In this document: positions 36,091 through 49,732 of the stretch, piece by piece
Position numbering within the stretch: position 1 is the first letter of the stretch
Layout of the letters: every line of letters begins with the position of its first letter
Assembly: GCA_004022145.1 (NCBI GenBank)
Contig: RCNU01000013.1
Source of the DNA: Paecilomyces variotii
Taxonomy: Eukaryota
DNA: 64,000 nt
Reading direction: 5' to 3' (one strand)
The notes under the pieces: generated by a model
Told to the model about the DNA's origin: nothing
Seen by the model: only the letters and a program-made list of their open reading frames with translations
Databases searched by the model: none
Program-made: the position numbers and the translations under genes

Positions 36091-38385
36091 GATGACTTTC
36101 TGCCAGTCGACCAAAAAGGAGAACTCCTAGTTGGTCTGCCTGGATCTCTAACATTTCATCGTCGCATAACACGAATCTGCAGCGGATTGCACAATGTAGA
36201 AATTGCTGGAAGTTATTGTCTCGCACAGCGGCGGACGCCGGAGAGGGACTCAGCCTCGCAGCTCGGACCCCTGTCAGTCTGATGGGCGTTATCACAAGGC
36301 TGAGCTCTCACCCGTATAGAGCACGGACCAATTGTGGCTTTGTTTCAACGAGTGTATGATGACATTTGGTAGCAAAGAAAGCTAGTTTTGGTTTTTTTGC
36401 AGTACTTTTGCCTAGCCATGTACTGTATCTAGAAGGATTTTTCTTGCCGAGAAAAGAGTATGTACATACTTTATCACACCGCCCATTTCCACAATAGCGT
36501 AGAGTTCTCGCATTCTCCTGAGGAAGCAGCTGTAATTGAGTGCTGGAAAGCGCCACGTCATCAAGGCTGAATTGTAGTGGGAATTGTGCAGGAAGCATAA
36601 CGGCGCAGTTTAGGCAGAGAGCACCTGCGCTAAGCCACTCAGCCTAGCCATGGGTGCTCACAGGATCAATAGCAACGGAGAAAAAGAGGAAAGGAGGAAA
36701 AGAAGATCAGACCATATAATAGCCGGGGTTCCTGGGATTCGCTGGTGATTAACCGGCGTGTAGCTGAATTATAGTCGATTGTTGGGGAGCATTAGGATAA
36801 GTAAAGGCGAAGGGCGTTTCCAGTCTCGCGGTTGAGAAACTTCACACCATAGTAGAATTTCCTGACTTCAATTAGAGTATTCTCGTACCTTGACTAGCTT
36901 CGTAGAATCGAACTTTAATTTGAGTCTGTCACTGCCACACAGACAACGAGCTCATCTAAGTTCTCTTTTTCTCTTACCGGAAATGACCACTGAATGTTGT
37001 CTTCCACCATTCTCCAGCAAGACTACGACCGGTCCCTATCGTGGCTCTAATAAAGATCTATTCCTGTAAAAACCAGGCGGCTATTTAGATACTCGTACTT
37101 TCACCAGTGCTTTATCCCGGAAATGCGTAAAACAAACCATCTTACTCAAATCCTCTAGTCTAATCTTGGAAGCCAGATCTATTCTAGACTATTAAGTTAT
37201 TTCTTGATCGATACACCAAAGTGCAATTAAATACTCGAAAGAGAACGTTGAGGGCTTATTCGTGTTTGATCCAGAACACCCATTTAGAAATCCCTAGCTG
37301 GTTGGACGTCTTTTGAGAGCACAAATGCGCAGATGGCCCATCCATTAACTAGCATACTCTGCTTGCTGCTTTTAGCATAACAGGGAAGGTTCGTTATATG
37401 TAACTATTTTCTTCTCCCAGAAATATTTCCCTTCTTGAAAATCTCACGACAATGAGTATCTAATGCCGTCTTCTTTCTAATGGCTACCCTCCTATCAAAC
37501 ACCCAACAAGCTCTATCGCGTGTCTCCTTGAGCACCCTCCTTGACGTCGGCCGTGATCAGGTTCTAGGGACACCTGGTCAGTATTTGAAGAGCGTATTTT
37601 ATAAAGAAATAATCGTACCGATTATTTATGTTAGATTCTCGGGCACTTGTGGAATCTCGTTGTCGTAAGTGAACCAACTCATCGTAGAAAGTTCACCATT
37701 ACCGCATCATATCATAGTCCAGGTCGTTCGGGAATCCGCCAAAAAGGTATCAGTTGAACAAGACGGCCCTCGAGAAGTCGGTCATGTATGTGTAGAGCGC
37801 GCAGAGAGGGTTCTTTAGGTAGGAGATAGATTCGATTAGAACGAATCATTACACCCCTGACTAGTAGTCTGAAGGGATCCCTGTAGCTATCTAGAAAATT
37901 CTTCTCCCCTGGTTATTGCCAGCTTTATTTCACGTATCATCTCACGTTTCGTCCGTGCACGGCGCTGGATTCCCCCGATCTCAGGGAGTTGAGGAAAATA
38001 GTTCTTGACGGTGCAGTTATATTATGGCTGTGATAGTTCTCTTAGATTAAGTTCTAACAGGATCTTACTGAGAATAATTAGAAGGGAGGTTCGGTTATAG
38101 TTTCTCTGGTTCAGATAATGAGTGTACACTAGGCTGAATCGGAAGCTCGATTTGATAATTACGAACTGATATTTTCAAAGTCAAGTCTCCTAAGTAGTCT
38201 AAGGAATATTGAAGCGCACGATAGGGAAAATTACACCATATTTTGGTCTTTGGGATCATTATATGTAGATTTAGATAACTCCAAATAGAAAAGGTATATG
38301 TAAGAACACGAGGATATAGCAAGTCATCCCGCTCGATATTGCAAGAATGCCGTTAGATGCATACGGAGAAAGCAATATATGATCA

Positions 38386-41300
38386 TTAGTGCCTGGAGAA
38401 GTTGTCGTCTAGTGCGTGCGGACTAGGCAGCTCTCCTAATATTGTTGCTTCATCTGCTGGACCGGAGTCGCCTTCGTCTTCTTCTTCACTGGTGTCAGGA
38501 CTATGTGACTCCTCGTGACGCATCTCGTTCCCAGACAATGGATCAGGCTTCTTTCTGCGTACGAAATCTTGAGCGTGAGCAGATGTAACGATGTTGCCGA
38601 TTCGGTTAATGCCATCCACAAATGACATATGGCGCTGCCGTATGGACGGACGCATGGCCGGTTGTATACCGTGCTCGACGTCAATGGCTGTACTTTCTGC
38701 TGCAGCTGCACCGGCTGCTGGTCTCTCCTGCAACTGCACATCCTCCGCCGATGGGCGATCTTCAGCAGGACCTATTGGACCTGCTGAGGGAATCGGATAA
38801 GGGAGTGGTACATCCCTGGACGCGCGAAAGAGGTGGACGTTGGTGCAATGCTCGTTCTCGACACGGAAAATAGTCCACATGCCTCGGCGAAAAACTTCTG
38901 AAAGTGAGACGAAAAAGCTCAGGACGGCTGAGTGCTGCATATCAGAGGCAAAGATAGCATAGAATATCCAATTGAATCGTATCACCACATCCAGGACCAT
39001 GGCCACATAATATATCCAAGCTCTGCGGAAGGCCAAAATTTCCCGCAGAAATCGGTTCTTTGCGTATGGGTTACATAAACTCCAATCCATCGCAACGTCC
39101 CAAATGGAAGTATAAATGGCATTTACAAATGCAAATGTGATAAACAAGCCCTGGTAACTGGTGTATTTATGGATCCGATAGAAACTCAGTGTCATGTAGT
39201 ATAGGATACCGCATGTGTATTTTGCAAAGTTGGCGAGATGGGGAAATGCGCTTTTCGAATCGCGGTATCTGCGAAGACACTGGAGGCCGCGCCATATGGA
39301 TGGAAGAGTGGTAAAGAAGCCTAATAAGCGTGAATGGGATGAGTTGCATTGGACTGGATTGCGCCAGCGGTTTGCATAGAGACAGAAGAAGAGCTCGATA
39401 TTCTGAGAGTGTCAGCAGTAACCGGCGTAATCATGGTTGCGTGACTTACCCCCATGGAATAGGTCTGGGAACAATACATATCTCCCAAAAAGAAATCGCG
39501 AAACTCGACCGGATAAACCCCCGCAAGAAGAAGACGCCACTGTCTCATATCAGTATCTGCACTCGGGACAGAAACCAACTCGACTTACGTTTGAATATGC
39601 CCACCACTTTCGACTTCTGTGGTAAATGACAGGAGCCGGAAAGAAGATTATCAAAAGAATCAAGAATAGCAGTATAACTGGCCAATAAATGTACATCCAG
39701 TTGACCCACGAAAAGTTGAGCCACATGAAAAGACCCAGCAGAAAAAGGCAAAAGCTTGGAAACTGTTTCACGTTAGGCACGTACGCACAATATCGGAGCA
39801 AGACTCTGTTGGGCTTACCTCTGTCAATTGACGCCAATTTAAGACATGGCGGGAGTCGAATTCAAACACGAAGCTATAATTTATTTTCGTCCTTGTCCAG
39901 ATCATGCAATCCAGGCAGAACAGAAAAAAATGAAAGATAATAAGGAAAAAACCCGCATAGATCTGTGCCAGGTCAGCCCATGCTAAAAGAAGATATAATT
40001 GTAGTGGGCAACAAACCTGGAGAAGGTAGCTTGTCTGGCTATGAACCGCAGGATCAGGGTCGCGAAGAAGCTGTATAGCATAAACCAGGCCTTGGATGCC
40101 GAAAACTAGACCTGCGGCGACCATGAGGCCGGTCCGGAACGTACTGCCAGAGTAATCTCCTGACTTCTGTATCGCATTGCGCAGCTTTCCCACTGCGATC
40201 TTGCGATTTCCACGTTCGAAATAACGGGCATAGAGATCTTCGACCGCTATTATATGATTCTCGACGATTTCACTCTGCACGAAATAGGCTTTGTTTACTT
40301 TCTCCGTCATGTATCGCATCGGCGGACGCGCAAACACCGTCTTGTCATACTTCTTGTTAATCTTCCGGAATGCAGTCCGGTTCAGAAACGTGTAGGCCTT
40401 CAGCAACTCCAGGCCCCGGTAAAACTCCTGCAATGCAAGCTTGAGCTTCCGTTTTGCGCTCCGATACGGTACACCTTGGCCTTCAGACTCTGGTCGGCGC
40501 GTGAAGTCTCTGCGGCCTGCCACAGTTGGATATTCCATCGGTGCTGGCGCGGAAGGTGTCATCATCTGCGCCAGCGCCTTGGAATTCTTTCCAAAGCGAG
40601 GGCCAACTGGGAGCTTCCATTTGGCACCATGAAGCCCAGGGAACCCATTTCCATGGCCGCTGCCGGTGCTGTTCTGCTTGATGCCCTTCTTCGCCGCGAG
40701 AACCTCCTCGATCCTGCGATCGCGCATTGTATGAAGTTGCTCCCGCAGAATTTGCAGACGGTTCGTCGCTTCTTGCTCTTTCATCTTGTAGAAAGTCTCG
40801 ATCTTATCTAACTCGCTATCCAGGAACTCAAAGAATTCGTCCTGTCGTCGCTCAAATTCTGTAGGGGCATCCTGGTACCCTTTTCCCGGTCGTGGTGACT
40901 CCCATTCACCCGCGCTGGTGAGGACTCGTTTGAAGAGACTAGGTTTTCTGACGGAGCTCATTGTTGGCGACGAACCGCCCTTGAACCCTACGCCTTTCTT
41001 TTTACTCGAACCGGGTGTCGAGCCGCCATCGCCAGAGAGCCGCGTCTCACTGTCCAGAGTCACAGTTCTCCGAATTCGCGAGGGCGGCCTAGGCGCATTA
41101 TCATACTTGTCGTCACCAGTGTCTTCCTCAAATGTGTAGCTGGCACGAGGATCTATCGCAGGATCGGGCAGTTCCAGAGACGGCAGCTCCGGCGCTTCAG
41201 CCACTGCTGGCGGTGTCGCCAGGATACTCCCGTAGGACCCCACTGAGTTCACAAACCGTGACGCCGTTCTCCTCAACGGCTGCCGTTCGGGAACTGGCAC

Positions 41301-41694
41301 GGGTGTCGCGCGACTTCGAGGCGTTCCATTGCCATTGGCATCAGCCGCAGAGAAGCGGTCTGGCCCTCGTGTGGGAGTGTATGTTTCGTTGGTAGCTAGA
41401 CTTTGGGTGAAACGGCGCGCAAGGGGTGTATGAGGCGTTCGCGGGGTCCGCGGGGTACGGTTTATCTTTTGCAAGGCGCGATTGAGGGCCTTGAGTTTCT
41501 TCTTGCCAGCCTGTATGGGAATGTCAGTGAGATGTCCAGAGAGATTTCGTCATCTGCTAGTCCTCCTGACCTTATAGTCCAAGTATTTGGCTCGCCATTC
41601 GGGAACCAGCTGCTCCTCGAGCTCCCTGGAGACCAGTTAGCCAATATATCTCGTCTAAACAGGGATGAAGGGGAACGGACTTGGCGAATTTCAT
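38386..41694 (-). CDS. syg1: SPX-EXS domain protein (SYG1/XPR1 family), multi-exon
   Basis: MKFAK/ELEEQLVPEWRAKYLDYK, FLDSELDKIETFY, LNRTAFRKINKKYDK (SPX); PVEFRDFFLGD and FRVENEH (EXS). Confidence 0.93.
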
Positions 41695-42752
41695 GCTGGC
41701 ATGCAAACCGGGGGGTTCATGATCAGCAGAAAAAGCAACGGTGAATGCTAACGATATCGACAGCAGTAAAAAAAGGATAAGCGAATCCAATCAGTGAAAG
41801 GACTGCTCTGCGGCATCACCGCGGACAGAGAAGATCAATGCATGACATTATTGGCGTCGCACAGGAACAAAATAGCCGATCCGATATCCATCAATCTGGT
41901 TCCTTGACAGCGTGCCGTCCACGCACGTGCGCTCCCCGAGGCGGTGAAGTCATGGATCGCTCACAGCTGGTTGGAGAAAGCATTCGATCTTCCCCTGAAT
42001 ATTATTTATTATTTACTGGGTACAGTAGAAGCTACTATCTTGTTGCTTGATCCTTCGAGTCCTTTCTAGAACACATGGAGAATACGAAGAGGGCGCGATC
42101 CGATGCCTGGTGTCTATCTGTTACGCGTGTGAGAGACGATGCTGCACAGCACCTCTCTTCATCTTACTTACAGCGCTCTTCAGATGTTGTGCAGCGCGTT
42201 AAGTAGGATGTACGCGTACATCGAATTCAGCAAACATCTCCATAGTTCTAATTCCAGTATCTATAACGGTTATAACCTGACTCTACCAGACCATCCGTCA
42301 TGCCTATTCTATCCAGACTGAGGTTAACTAGAGCAAAAGGGACGGTTAGTCTAGACTCTAGCGAATGGGCGGTGATCCACCGCTACTTAACTTAAGCACT
42401 TCAAATTCTGGGGAGATCCGGGGGCACGTGAGTGACCATGATGAGAACAAAACATCACCCCCGTTTGTTTTCTGCCTTTTCTCGCCATATTTCAATATCT
42501 TTGGTTTATGAGACAAGGCACCATCATCCTGGTTTTCGTCCGCCGAAGTAATCCAAATCTCCGCTGCAGCCAGTCAGAAGAACCGCCATCTGCAGCCTGC
42601 TGACACTATTTTCGGAGTTAAGCGCGGAAACCAATATGACAGCCAATATTAGGCATGCGCCTCTATAAAGAGGGACCAGAGAACGTGATGAATGCTATTC
42701 GAACACAAACAATTTTTATTTCCTTCTTTTTGGCGTTCATACTCTGACCAAA

Positions 42753-43722
42753 ATGCATCTCATCCTGACTGGTGCGACTGGGTTGGTCGGTTCCGCCGCC
42801 CTGGCGCATATCCTCTCCTTGCCTGCTGGGTCGGTATCCCACTTATCCATCTTGAGTCGCAGACCGGTGCCTATGGCCGAGAACAAGCCAAATGTGACCG
42901 TGATTGAACATCGGGACTTTTCTCAGTATCCCTCGGAGCTGTTGGACAAGCTCAAGGGTGCCAGTGGCTGCATTTGGGCGCAGGGTATCTCACAAAGTGA
43001 AGTGTCTAAGGAGTAAGTAGTGCACAGTCTTTGAGGCGGGCCTTATAATTCTATAAAGTGCATAGCTCATGATAACTCTTTTCCTTTACTAGAGAATATA
43101 TCAAGATCACTCTAGACTATCCCCTGGCTGCTGCGAAAGCATTCTCAGGTCTCTCGAACTCTTTCAAGTTCGTATATGTTTCTGGTATGTTCTCCATCCC
43201 GACAGTGATAATAAACTGACATAGACACTGACCTTTGTACCAGGCGAAGGAGTACGTCTTACCATGCTCTCATGATCCCCATCAATATTGAACACCTAAT
43301 TGAACACAACTGACATCATGCAACAGGCCACCACGAACCCGGGCTTCCTAACACCACTATTCGGCACCGTCAAAGGCCAAGCTGAAGAAGCTCTCCTCAA
43401 GCTATCCAAAGATGTCTCCACCTTAAAGCCATACTCTGTCCGTCCAGCATTCGTCGACGCGCATAGTCACCCGGAGGTCCTCAAAGCCATCTCCTCCCGC
43501 CCAAACCAGCAGACCTTCCAGAGAAAAGTCCTTAATAACGGCCTCGGACCTGTTTTCAGGTGTCTCTACCCAGGCATGGTGTCCCCAACGCCGGATTTGG
43601 CACGTTTCCTTACAGACCTCGCTATGGGTGATGGGGAGCCTTTGCATGGAGACGGAATCAGTGGAGAGGGAAGAACCGTGTCGAACAAGGCGTTTAGAAG
43701 GCTTGCTAAAGTGGGTGCCTGA
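42753..43722 (+). CDS. NAD(P)-binding Rossmann protein (nucleoside-diphosphate-sugar epimerase-like), multi-exon
   Basis: MHLILTGATGLVG, GCIWAQGIS, YIKITLDYPLAAA, FVYVSG, KGQAE. Confidence 0.85.
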
Positions 43723-44028
43723 AGTAGTTTACTTGGAGGACGTGTACGATAGGTCAGAATTGAAGTAATAGACCATAGCAGCGAGTAGACGGCCCTGTGG
43801 GCCTAGTATCGAGTAAGTTTCCGGGCAAGCTAAATTGTCATATGTTACTAAGTCAACTAAACCTGGGGGTTTAATGGAATCCTCCGTGTCTACCTACTTG
43901 TCTACGTATCGCTTGTGGCTTGGCATCGATATCAGTCATGTGACTGTTCTGGCTATTCTGGCCTTCGACATATCTTCTTCAGCTTGGCCCTTTTTTATTC
44001 AGGCTTCTCATCTCAGGATTCTTCCGAG

Positions 44029-45151
44029 ATGGCTGCATCATTGACTCTCGGCCAGGTTCTGAAAGGCAGAACGGGGATTTATACCATCGTCAAGAAACTG
44101 CAGGACTGTGTTTGGCTTGCAACGTATGTCTCTTAGATTCCTACCCTACTTGAGCAGCCACCTACTGATGGTCAAAGAAGAGAGAACCAGGAAAGGTTTG
44201 TGGCTAAGAGTGTTTCCCATTTCCGATTACAAAATGAACGGGATATCCTACTTCGTTTCCAGGATAGGACAGCCTCTATTCGCCCACTTCTAGATGAAGT
44301 CGAAGAACCATCAGTCGCTCATGCGCTTATCTTGAGACATCTGGATGATGATGCCTTACATGCATCTAACAAACAGCGTCTGACCCGCCCAGAAGTGAAA
44401 TATGTTGCAAAAAGAGTACTTGAAGCCCTTTCGACTTTACATGGTGAGGGCTTTGTTCATACTGGTATATTCCACTCATGCAAGATTCTCGACAGTATGG
44501 GCTCGGTTGATCAGGGCAGGGTCTAGATATCAAGCCTAGTAATGTATTGATGGATTATGGCAAAGGCCATATTCGATTTCGAGATGTCCAACTCGCCGAT
44601 TTTGGAAGCACCGTTCACGTTGACTCGTCTTATGCTCAAAGTGGTGACTCTATCGGTACACCAATTTTCAGAAGCCCTGAAGCTCATCTTCAAATGAAAT
44701 GGGACACTGCAACAGACATATGGTCTTTTGGCGCGATGGCAAGTCTTCAATTCTCTCACAAAGCTATTTGGGTCCCGACAGAATGCTAACGCCCCACTTG
44801 CGAGATACTTAGCTTATCAGTCTCCTGTACGGGGAAGGATTCCACATCTTCAAACCTGATGTATCTCCAGACCATGACGAGTACGATATCAAGATTCTCC
44901 TGAAGCATCATCGCTGCTTCGGTCCATTTCCAGAATCATATGAAGAAATCGCGGACCAGGAGAGACTGGCAGTTCTCATATGGGTCATGCAGAATAGCCC
45001 TCCAGAGACTTTGAGGCCCTTTCATCTCACGACTACACAGGAGATTTCTCAGGAAGACAAGGAATTTGTACTAAAAGTGATGAAACTCGACCCAAGAGAT
45101 AGGCCGACTGCACGGGAGTTGCTGGATGATGGTTGGTTTCATGAAGTCTGA
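44029..45151 (+). CDS. Ser/Thr protein kinase-like protein (CMGC/SRPK-like fungal family), 4 exons
   Basis: VWLAT, VAKSV, FVHT/DIKPSN, LADFG, FRSPE, DIWSFG, DPRDRPTARELL. Confidence 0.85.
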
Positions 45152-45325
45152 CTTCTTCCCTGGATTGAGACGAGGGCATGTGCCTCGACAACGAAAGGGG
45201 CTCACGCGTCACGGCGAAACTGAGAAGAACAACAAGTGTTGCGTTTGCACTGGCGTCACTATGCCTCTTCAGGGCCTCTCTGCGGGCACGTATCCAACTT
45301 GGGCTGTTAGCCTGGTATTTTGTAT

Positions 45326-46042
45326 GTATCACGGTTTAAAAAAAAAAAAAAAAAAAACGTCTCATAGAAGCGGTTATATCTATAGAGACCGAACTAATAG
45401 ATGGAATGAGGGAAGTGATTTAATATAATAGTTCCTTATATAATACGATGCCATGACCTGAAGTGCTATAACCTGAAGTAATGAGGTACTCGCAGACAGC
45501 TTGCTAGAGGGGTTCAATGGTACGGGGAGGAGGAGACGAGAGGTGAGGTCAAAGTGAGGATGGAAGAGCTATCCTCCTCTTAAGTCGAGGCTTTCGAACT
45601 GTCAGGTCAGGGACGAGGACTAGTAGGCGATCCTCATCGGTCTCGAGGCGTCCTTCTCTCTTCACAAATCTCTTGAGGTCGTCCCTATGATAGTTCCGTG
45701 GTATAATCCGCCCGTCCAGATGGGCTAGCCACACTGATGCTCTGATTCCCAAGCGAGCCACCTTAAATGGACCCCTCCACCTGGGCTCAAGCTTTAGGGC
45801 GTTCTTCTGGTGGACAAATACCAGATCTCCTACTGATAGGTCCGATCGGGATTCCTCCATGGCCATCCCCAGTAGTTACTGAAAGTTCGCTGTCATTAGA
45901 GGCCCTGAAGGCCGTCGACTTCACGAACCACGAGCAGGCCACACGGGTCAAGGATCACATATCGGTGCAAGCTGCATTTGCAGAGGAGAGTTTCGAACGC
46001 ACCAAGGAATACAAGGACCGTCTCAAGGCACGTATTCGATAA
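45326..46042 (-). mobile_element. Ty3/gypsy-like retroelement remnant (integrase C-terminal region) with adjacent A20 tract
   Basis: ORF 45549-45866 reads VGDLVFV...KLEPRWRGPFKV...YHRDDLKRF, typical of the integrase C-terminal GPY/F module; boundaries uncertain. Confidence 0.6.
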
Positions 46043-46118
46043 TCCCAGAAATGTAGGTAGATAGCAATCAACTGCCAAAAAGGGAATTTTATGGTGAGTC
46101 ATGCCGTGGTGCTAATAA

Positions 46119-46790
46119 TTATATACCATAACAACAGAACATCAGTCTTCTTGTTGGCCACTTTAAGGAAATGGTTCTGTGCAGAGAGAAGAAATTACCA
46201 GAGTCGTTTATCGGTAGGATCGCGCAGATCGCAATCCTAGATAATAAGATAGCTTCCCCCCCCAGGGCAGTCACAAAGGACAGCTGTTTTTGAATATCCG
46301 CCACCCCTGGTTTTGCATTATCTGCGTTCACAACTTCTTGCTCCCTGAACAACCAATGCGAGGTCCTGCTTTCACCTCAACAATCGCACTGGTTGTCTTT
46401 CCTGACTTGGTGCGAAGTTGTCCATCCGTCACAGCTGTATAGTTCCCTTTGCCAAAGGTCGCCACGAACTGTGCTGGTTCGAGGAACCATTCGGCATCCT
46501 CACCTGATGCCAGATGTGAGATGGCTTGTAGCAGGACGATGCAGGCGGAGTTAACAGTGATCTCATGGGGGTATGAACCTTCAGTAGGGCTACACATTGC
46601 CTGTTCTTGAAGCTCCCGCCCCCCCCTCATTCGACCCTCGATTGAACACCTCACCTACTCAGCTCAGCAGCTCCTGTTCCCCATTGAAGCGAGAGACTCG
46701 GTCGCGGCGGCGCGCTATCCAACGGCATCCTATACTAAGGATCCAACCTACCCCCCAGGGACGTTTATTCTTGATCCGGATCTGCCATTA
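46119..46790 (-). pseudogene. Degenerate PD-(D/E)XK-like gene, same family as 10112-11242
   Basis: HEITVNSA...AVTDGQLR...AIVEVKA, then frameshift (MFREQE...). Confidence 0.55.
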
Positions 46791-48142
46791 AGTCTTTGCT
46801 GAGTATAGCAAGCTATTCTTTCTGGCCACACTTTGGAGTAGATAAGAGAATATGTCTCGCGTGTCTGCATTAGGCACTGCGATAGCCCAATTCCCTTTTG
46901 ACTTGGTGTTTAGAAAAGAAAAGAAGCTGATCATAAATAATATATGAGCCGTTGGCGATATCCTTAAATTGGTAAGAACGCCATAATTTAGGGGAGAGTT
47001 GGCTTTGGGATGGATAGGAGGCTCCTTAAGCCAAATCAGCGCGGACTTGACGTTAATTATTTAGTCCCAAGGCTAAGACCGTGAACCGAAAGAGAGCTTT
47101 TGAATAAACTTACGGCGAACGTGTAGCAGCGAGATTTTATGCAGCAAAAGAAGGTCCAAGTTACTATATAACTCTGGTTTGGGCCAAAGTAAATCCCCAA
47201 AATCGGTGTCGACCTCGTCTAGTTCAGTCTACCACATCACCAAACGCTAGAGGGCCAGACACACCTATTGTTGGATATACTGTAAATAAGTACCGCCAGC
47301 CTATAATACAACCTCTTGTAGAATAGCAGATTTATTTGCTCCCTAATCGGATAACTGAACATATCCATTAGCCTTTATTAGTGCTAAATGGACAAGTTCA
47401 TATCAGCTAGAGATGTTAACAGGGTATTTGTTGATAATAGTTTGTGCATAATGCGGATCCCTAAGATATTGTTATCGCGTGTTTTCTATTGTTAGAGCCA
47501 AAGACTCTGCCCGAAATGCATACACATATTCAGTACTCGTGATATCGATATCAGATAAGTGTAATAGTGAAGACTTTGATAATTGAGAAATACTAACCTG
47601 TTGTAAATCATCATCTTCTGTCGGAACCCAGACCTCTGTATGAAGCCGAGCTGTACCTGCTATCGCAGCTATCCGAAACAACGGATAAGCAGTATCACCT
47701 ATTAATTAACCGTACCATGGCTCAACTCCGGTGAACCATATTCCAGGCAGCAGCAGAAAGGGATTCATCATGATAATTAGGTCTAGGAAAACATAAATAT
47801 CCGTTAGATTCCGGTCAATTTAGATAGCAAACAATTTGAGATCTTTCATTCTTACCTACGTTTTCAGCAGGACTCTTTGCTTCTGTGATCCAAATCTCAA
47901 CATCTTCACTGTGATCTGTACTAGCAGCTTAATGATAGCTGATTAGCATATATTAATACTCGTAAATTAGGGAGGGGAGGGTACCAAAAATATTTAAATT
48001 TTGTGTCCCCAACATCGAACTCGGATCTTGGAAAAATCAAGATTGGTAACCGATTCTTAATGCATCATAAGGAAGCGAGGTACTGAATGATCCATTTCCT
48101 GATATAATGGCGCGACGCAGTCGCACAGTCGCGAGGAATATA

Positions 48143-48885
48143 TCAGATCGGATCTGACCCTTGCGTTTTACTAGTTATAGTATCTGTAGCATTGTATGCT
48201 ACTTGAAAAAGAAATGGATCGTTGGTCTTGACCATGTTTTTGGTTTGGTACGTTCTGTTGTCGAACCATTCCTGTGTCCCCAAGGTCGCGAAGCCCCATC
48301 CTATTGCTCCTTTGGGAATCGCAGTCTCTGTGTCTGGTGCTTTCGGCTTGCATCCTCTGAGATACCGCTCGCCGTGACCGTATAACGCCAACCAGATCAA
48401 GTAGACCCGGATGTCCTGAGCAATAATCTTCTGAAGAATGCTCCGAGACAAGTTCCTAAGTCCCACTGCTTCTTCATCCTCCTTCTCATGGTGGAGGGCT
48501 GCTTTCGCTTCTGCAGTTTCTTCCATTTACTGACTCTTCCATTTATTGATGGTGTCGGAGCCCAAAGAATGTAAGAAGATACGAACGTATAACGCGGTCT
48601 TGGTTCCGACGGTTGCGCATTAATAGGCCGACCTAAAAACCAGCGGTAAAATAGTTCAAAAGGAGCTGTTGAGTTTTGCTCAAAACTATACAAACGGCTA
48701 TATGCTACTTTAACCCTTAACTGGTCATAACTAGTATAGCAGCAGTTTATGGGAAGCCTTTCCATAGTGTAGAGAGATGGAAAGACAGGTTCCTGGGATA
48801 CTGGATAGGTTTTATACCGGATTGAACGGGGTTCCTTGAGGGGCTGTTTGTGAATGCTTTCGGCTCTGGTGGCATGTTCCTGCAT
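48143..48885 (-). CDS. Hypothetical protein or degenerate gene (two overlapping ORFs)
   Basis: 162- and 127-codon ORFs on the same strand overlap; no recognised motif. Confidence 0.3.
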
Positions 48886-49170
48886 CCCAGTCCAGTCACT
48901 GCTTGTCGATATCGTTCTCGTTCACCTGGCAGCGATAGTCACTACTTCTGCCATGAATTGGTCGTAATCTTGAGCCTTTATGCATTGAATTCATAGATGG
49001 TGATAGCGATCACAAATCATACTTCAGTATTATCTGGAGTAGTGACAGCTATAGTAGCATCTTACGGTTTATTCCGCAGCCATTATCAAATTCAGAAGTT
49101 CATATAATGTATCATTCATTCCATTCATTATAATGTGAATACCACACTTCTATCTAGATCATGTTCCAGC

Positions 49171-49732
49171 CTAGTAGTTGAAGCGGTCCGGAGGGCCGTA
49201 TCTGTTGGGGTCATACTGATCGGCATCACGGTAGTGGTCATCGTACATCTGCTCAGCATTCTTCTTGGCCTGCTCGCGAGCCCGGATCTTGTCAACTTCG
49301 TCGAGTCCCTTGGTCTCAGCGAGCTTGTCGACCTCACCACCGACAAAGCCGGCAAGGAGCTCCTTGGCGAAGGTGTGGTTAACGGTTTTGCCTGTCGAAA
49401 GTGAACACATTAGTATGTTGGATGCATATAGATCGAAAGGGACAAAAGGTTTAGAACAACATACCCTCCTTGCGCTGGTGGTCCTCGAACTTCTTGAAGG
49501 CTTCGAATGAGGCAGCACCGGCGATGAGCTCGTGGGAGAACTTGCCCTCGTGCTGCTCGCCCTCACCACGGTAGACCTGTCTGTGGGCCTCCTCGGACTC
49601 TCCTGTAGAAATGTTAGCGGCATTCTATTATGGGAAACAGAAAGTCGATGATAGATGGGTGAATTGAGAAGGCCTAAAGCATAACGAGGGACATAAAAGC
49701 ATGTGATATTACGTACCCCAGCCGAAACCCAT
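49171..49732 (-). CDS. cipC: CipC-like protein (DUF3759), 3 exons
   Basis: MGFGW / ESEEAHRQVY...HEGKFSHELIAGAASFEAFKKFEDHQRKE / GKTVNHTFAKELLAGFVGGEVDKLAETKG. Confidence 0.9.

Noticed and set aside
1417..37800. Complete Starship or other autonomous giant element
   Set aside because: No DUF3435 tyrosine-recombinase captain or recognisable terminal repeats in the window
36900..38330. Possible degenerate gene
   Set aside because: Only short ORFs with no motif I can support
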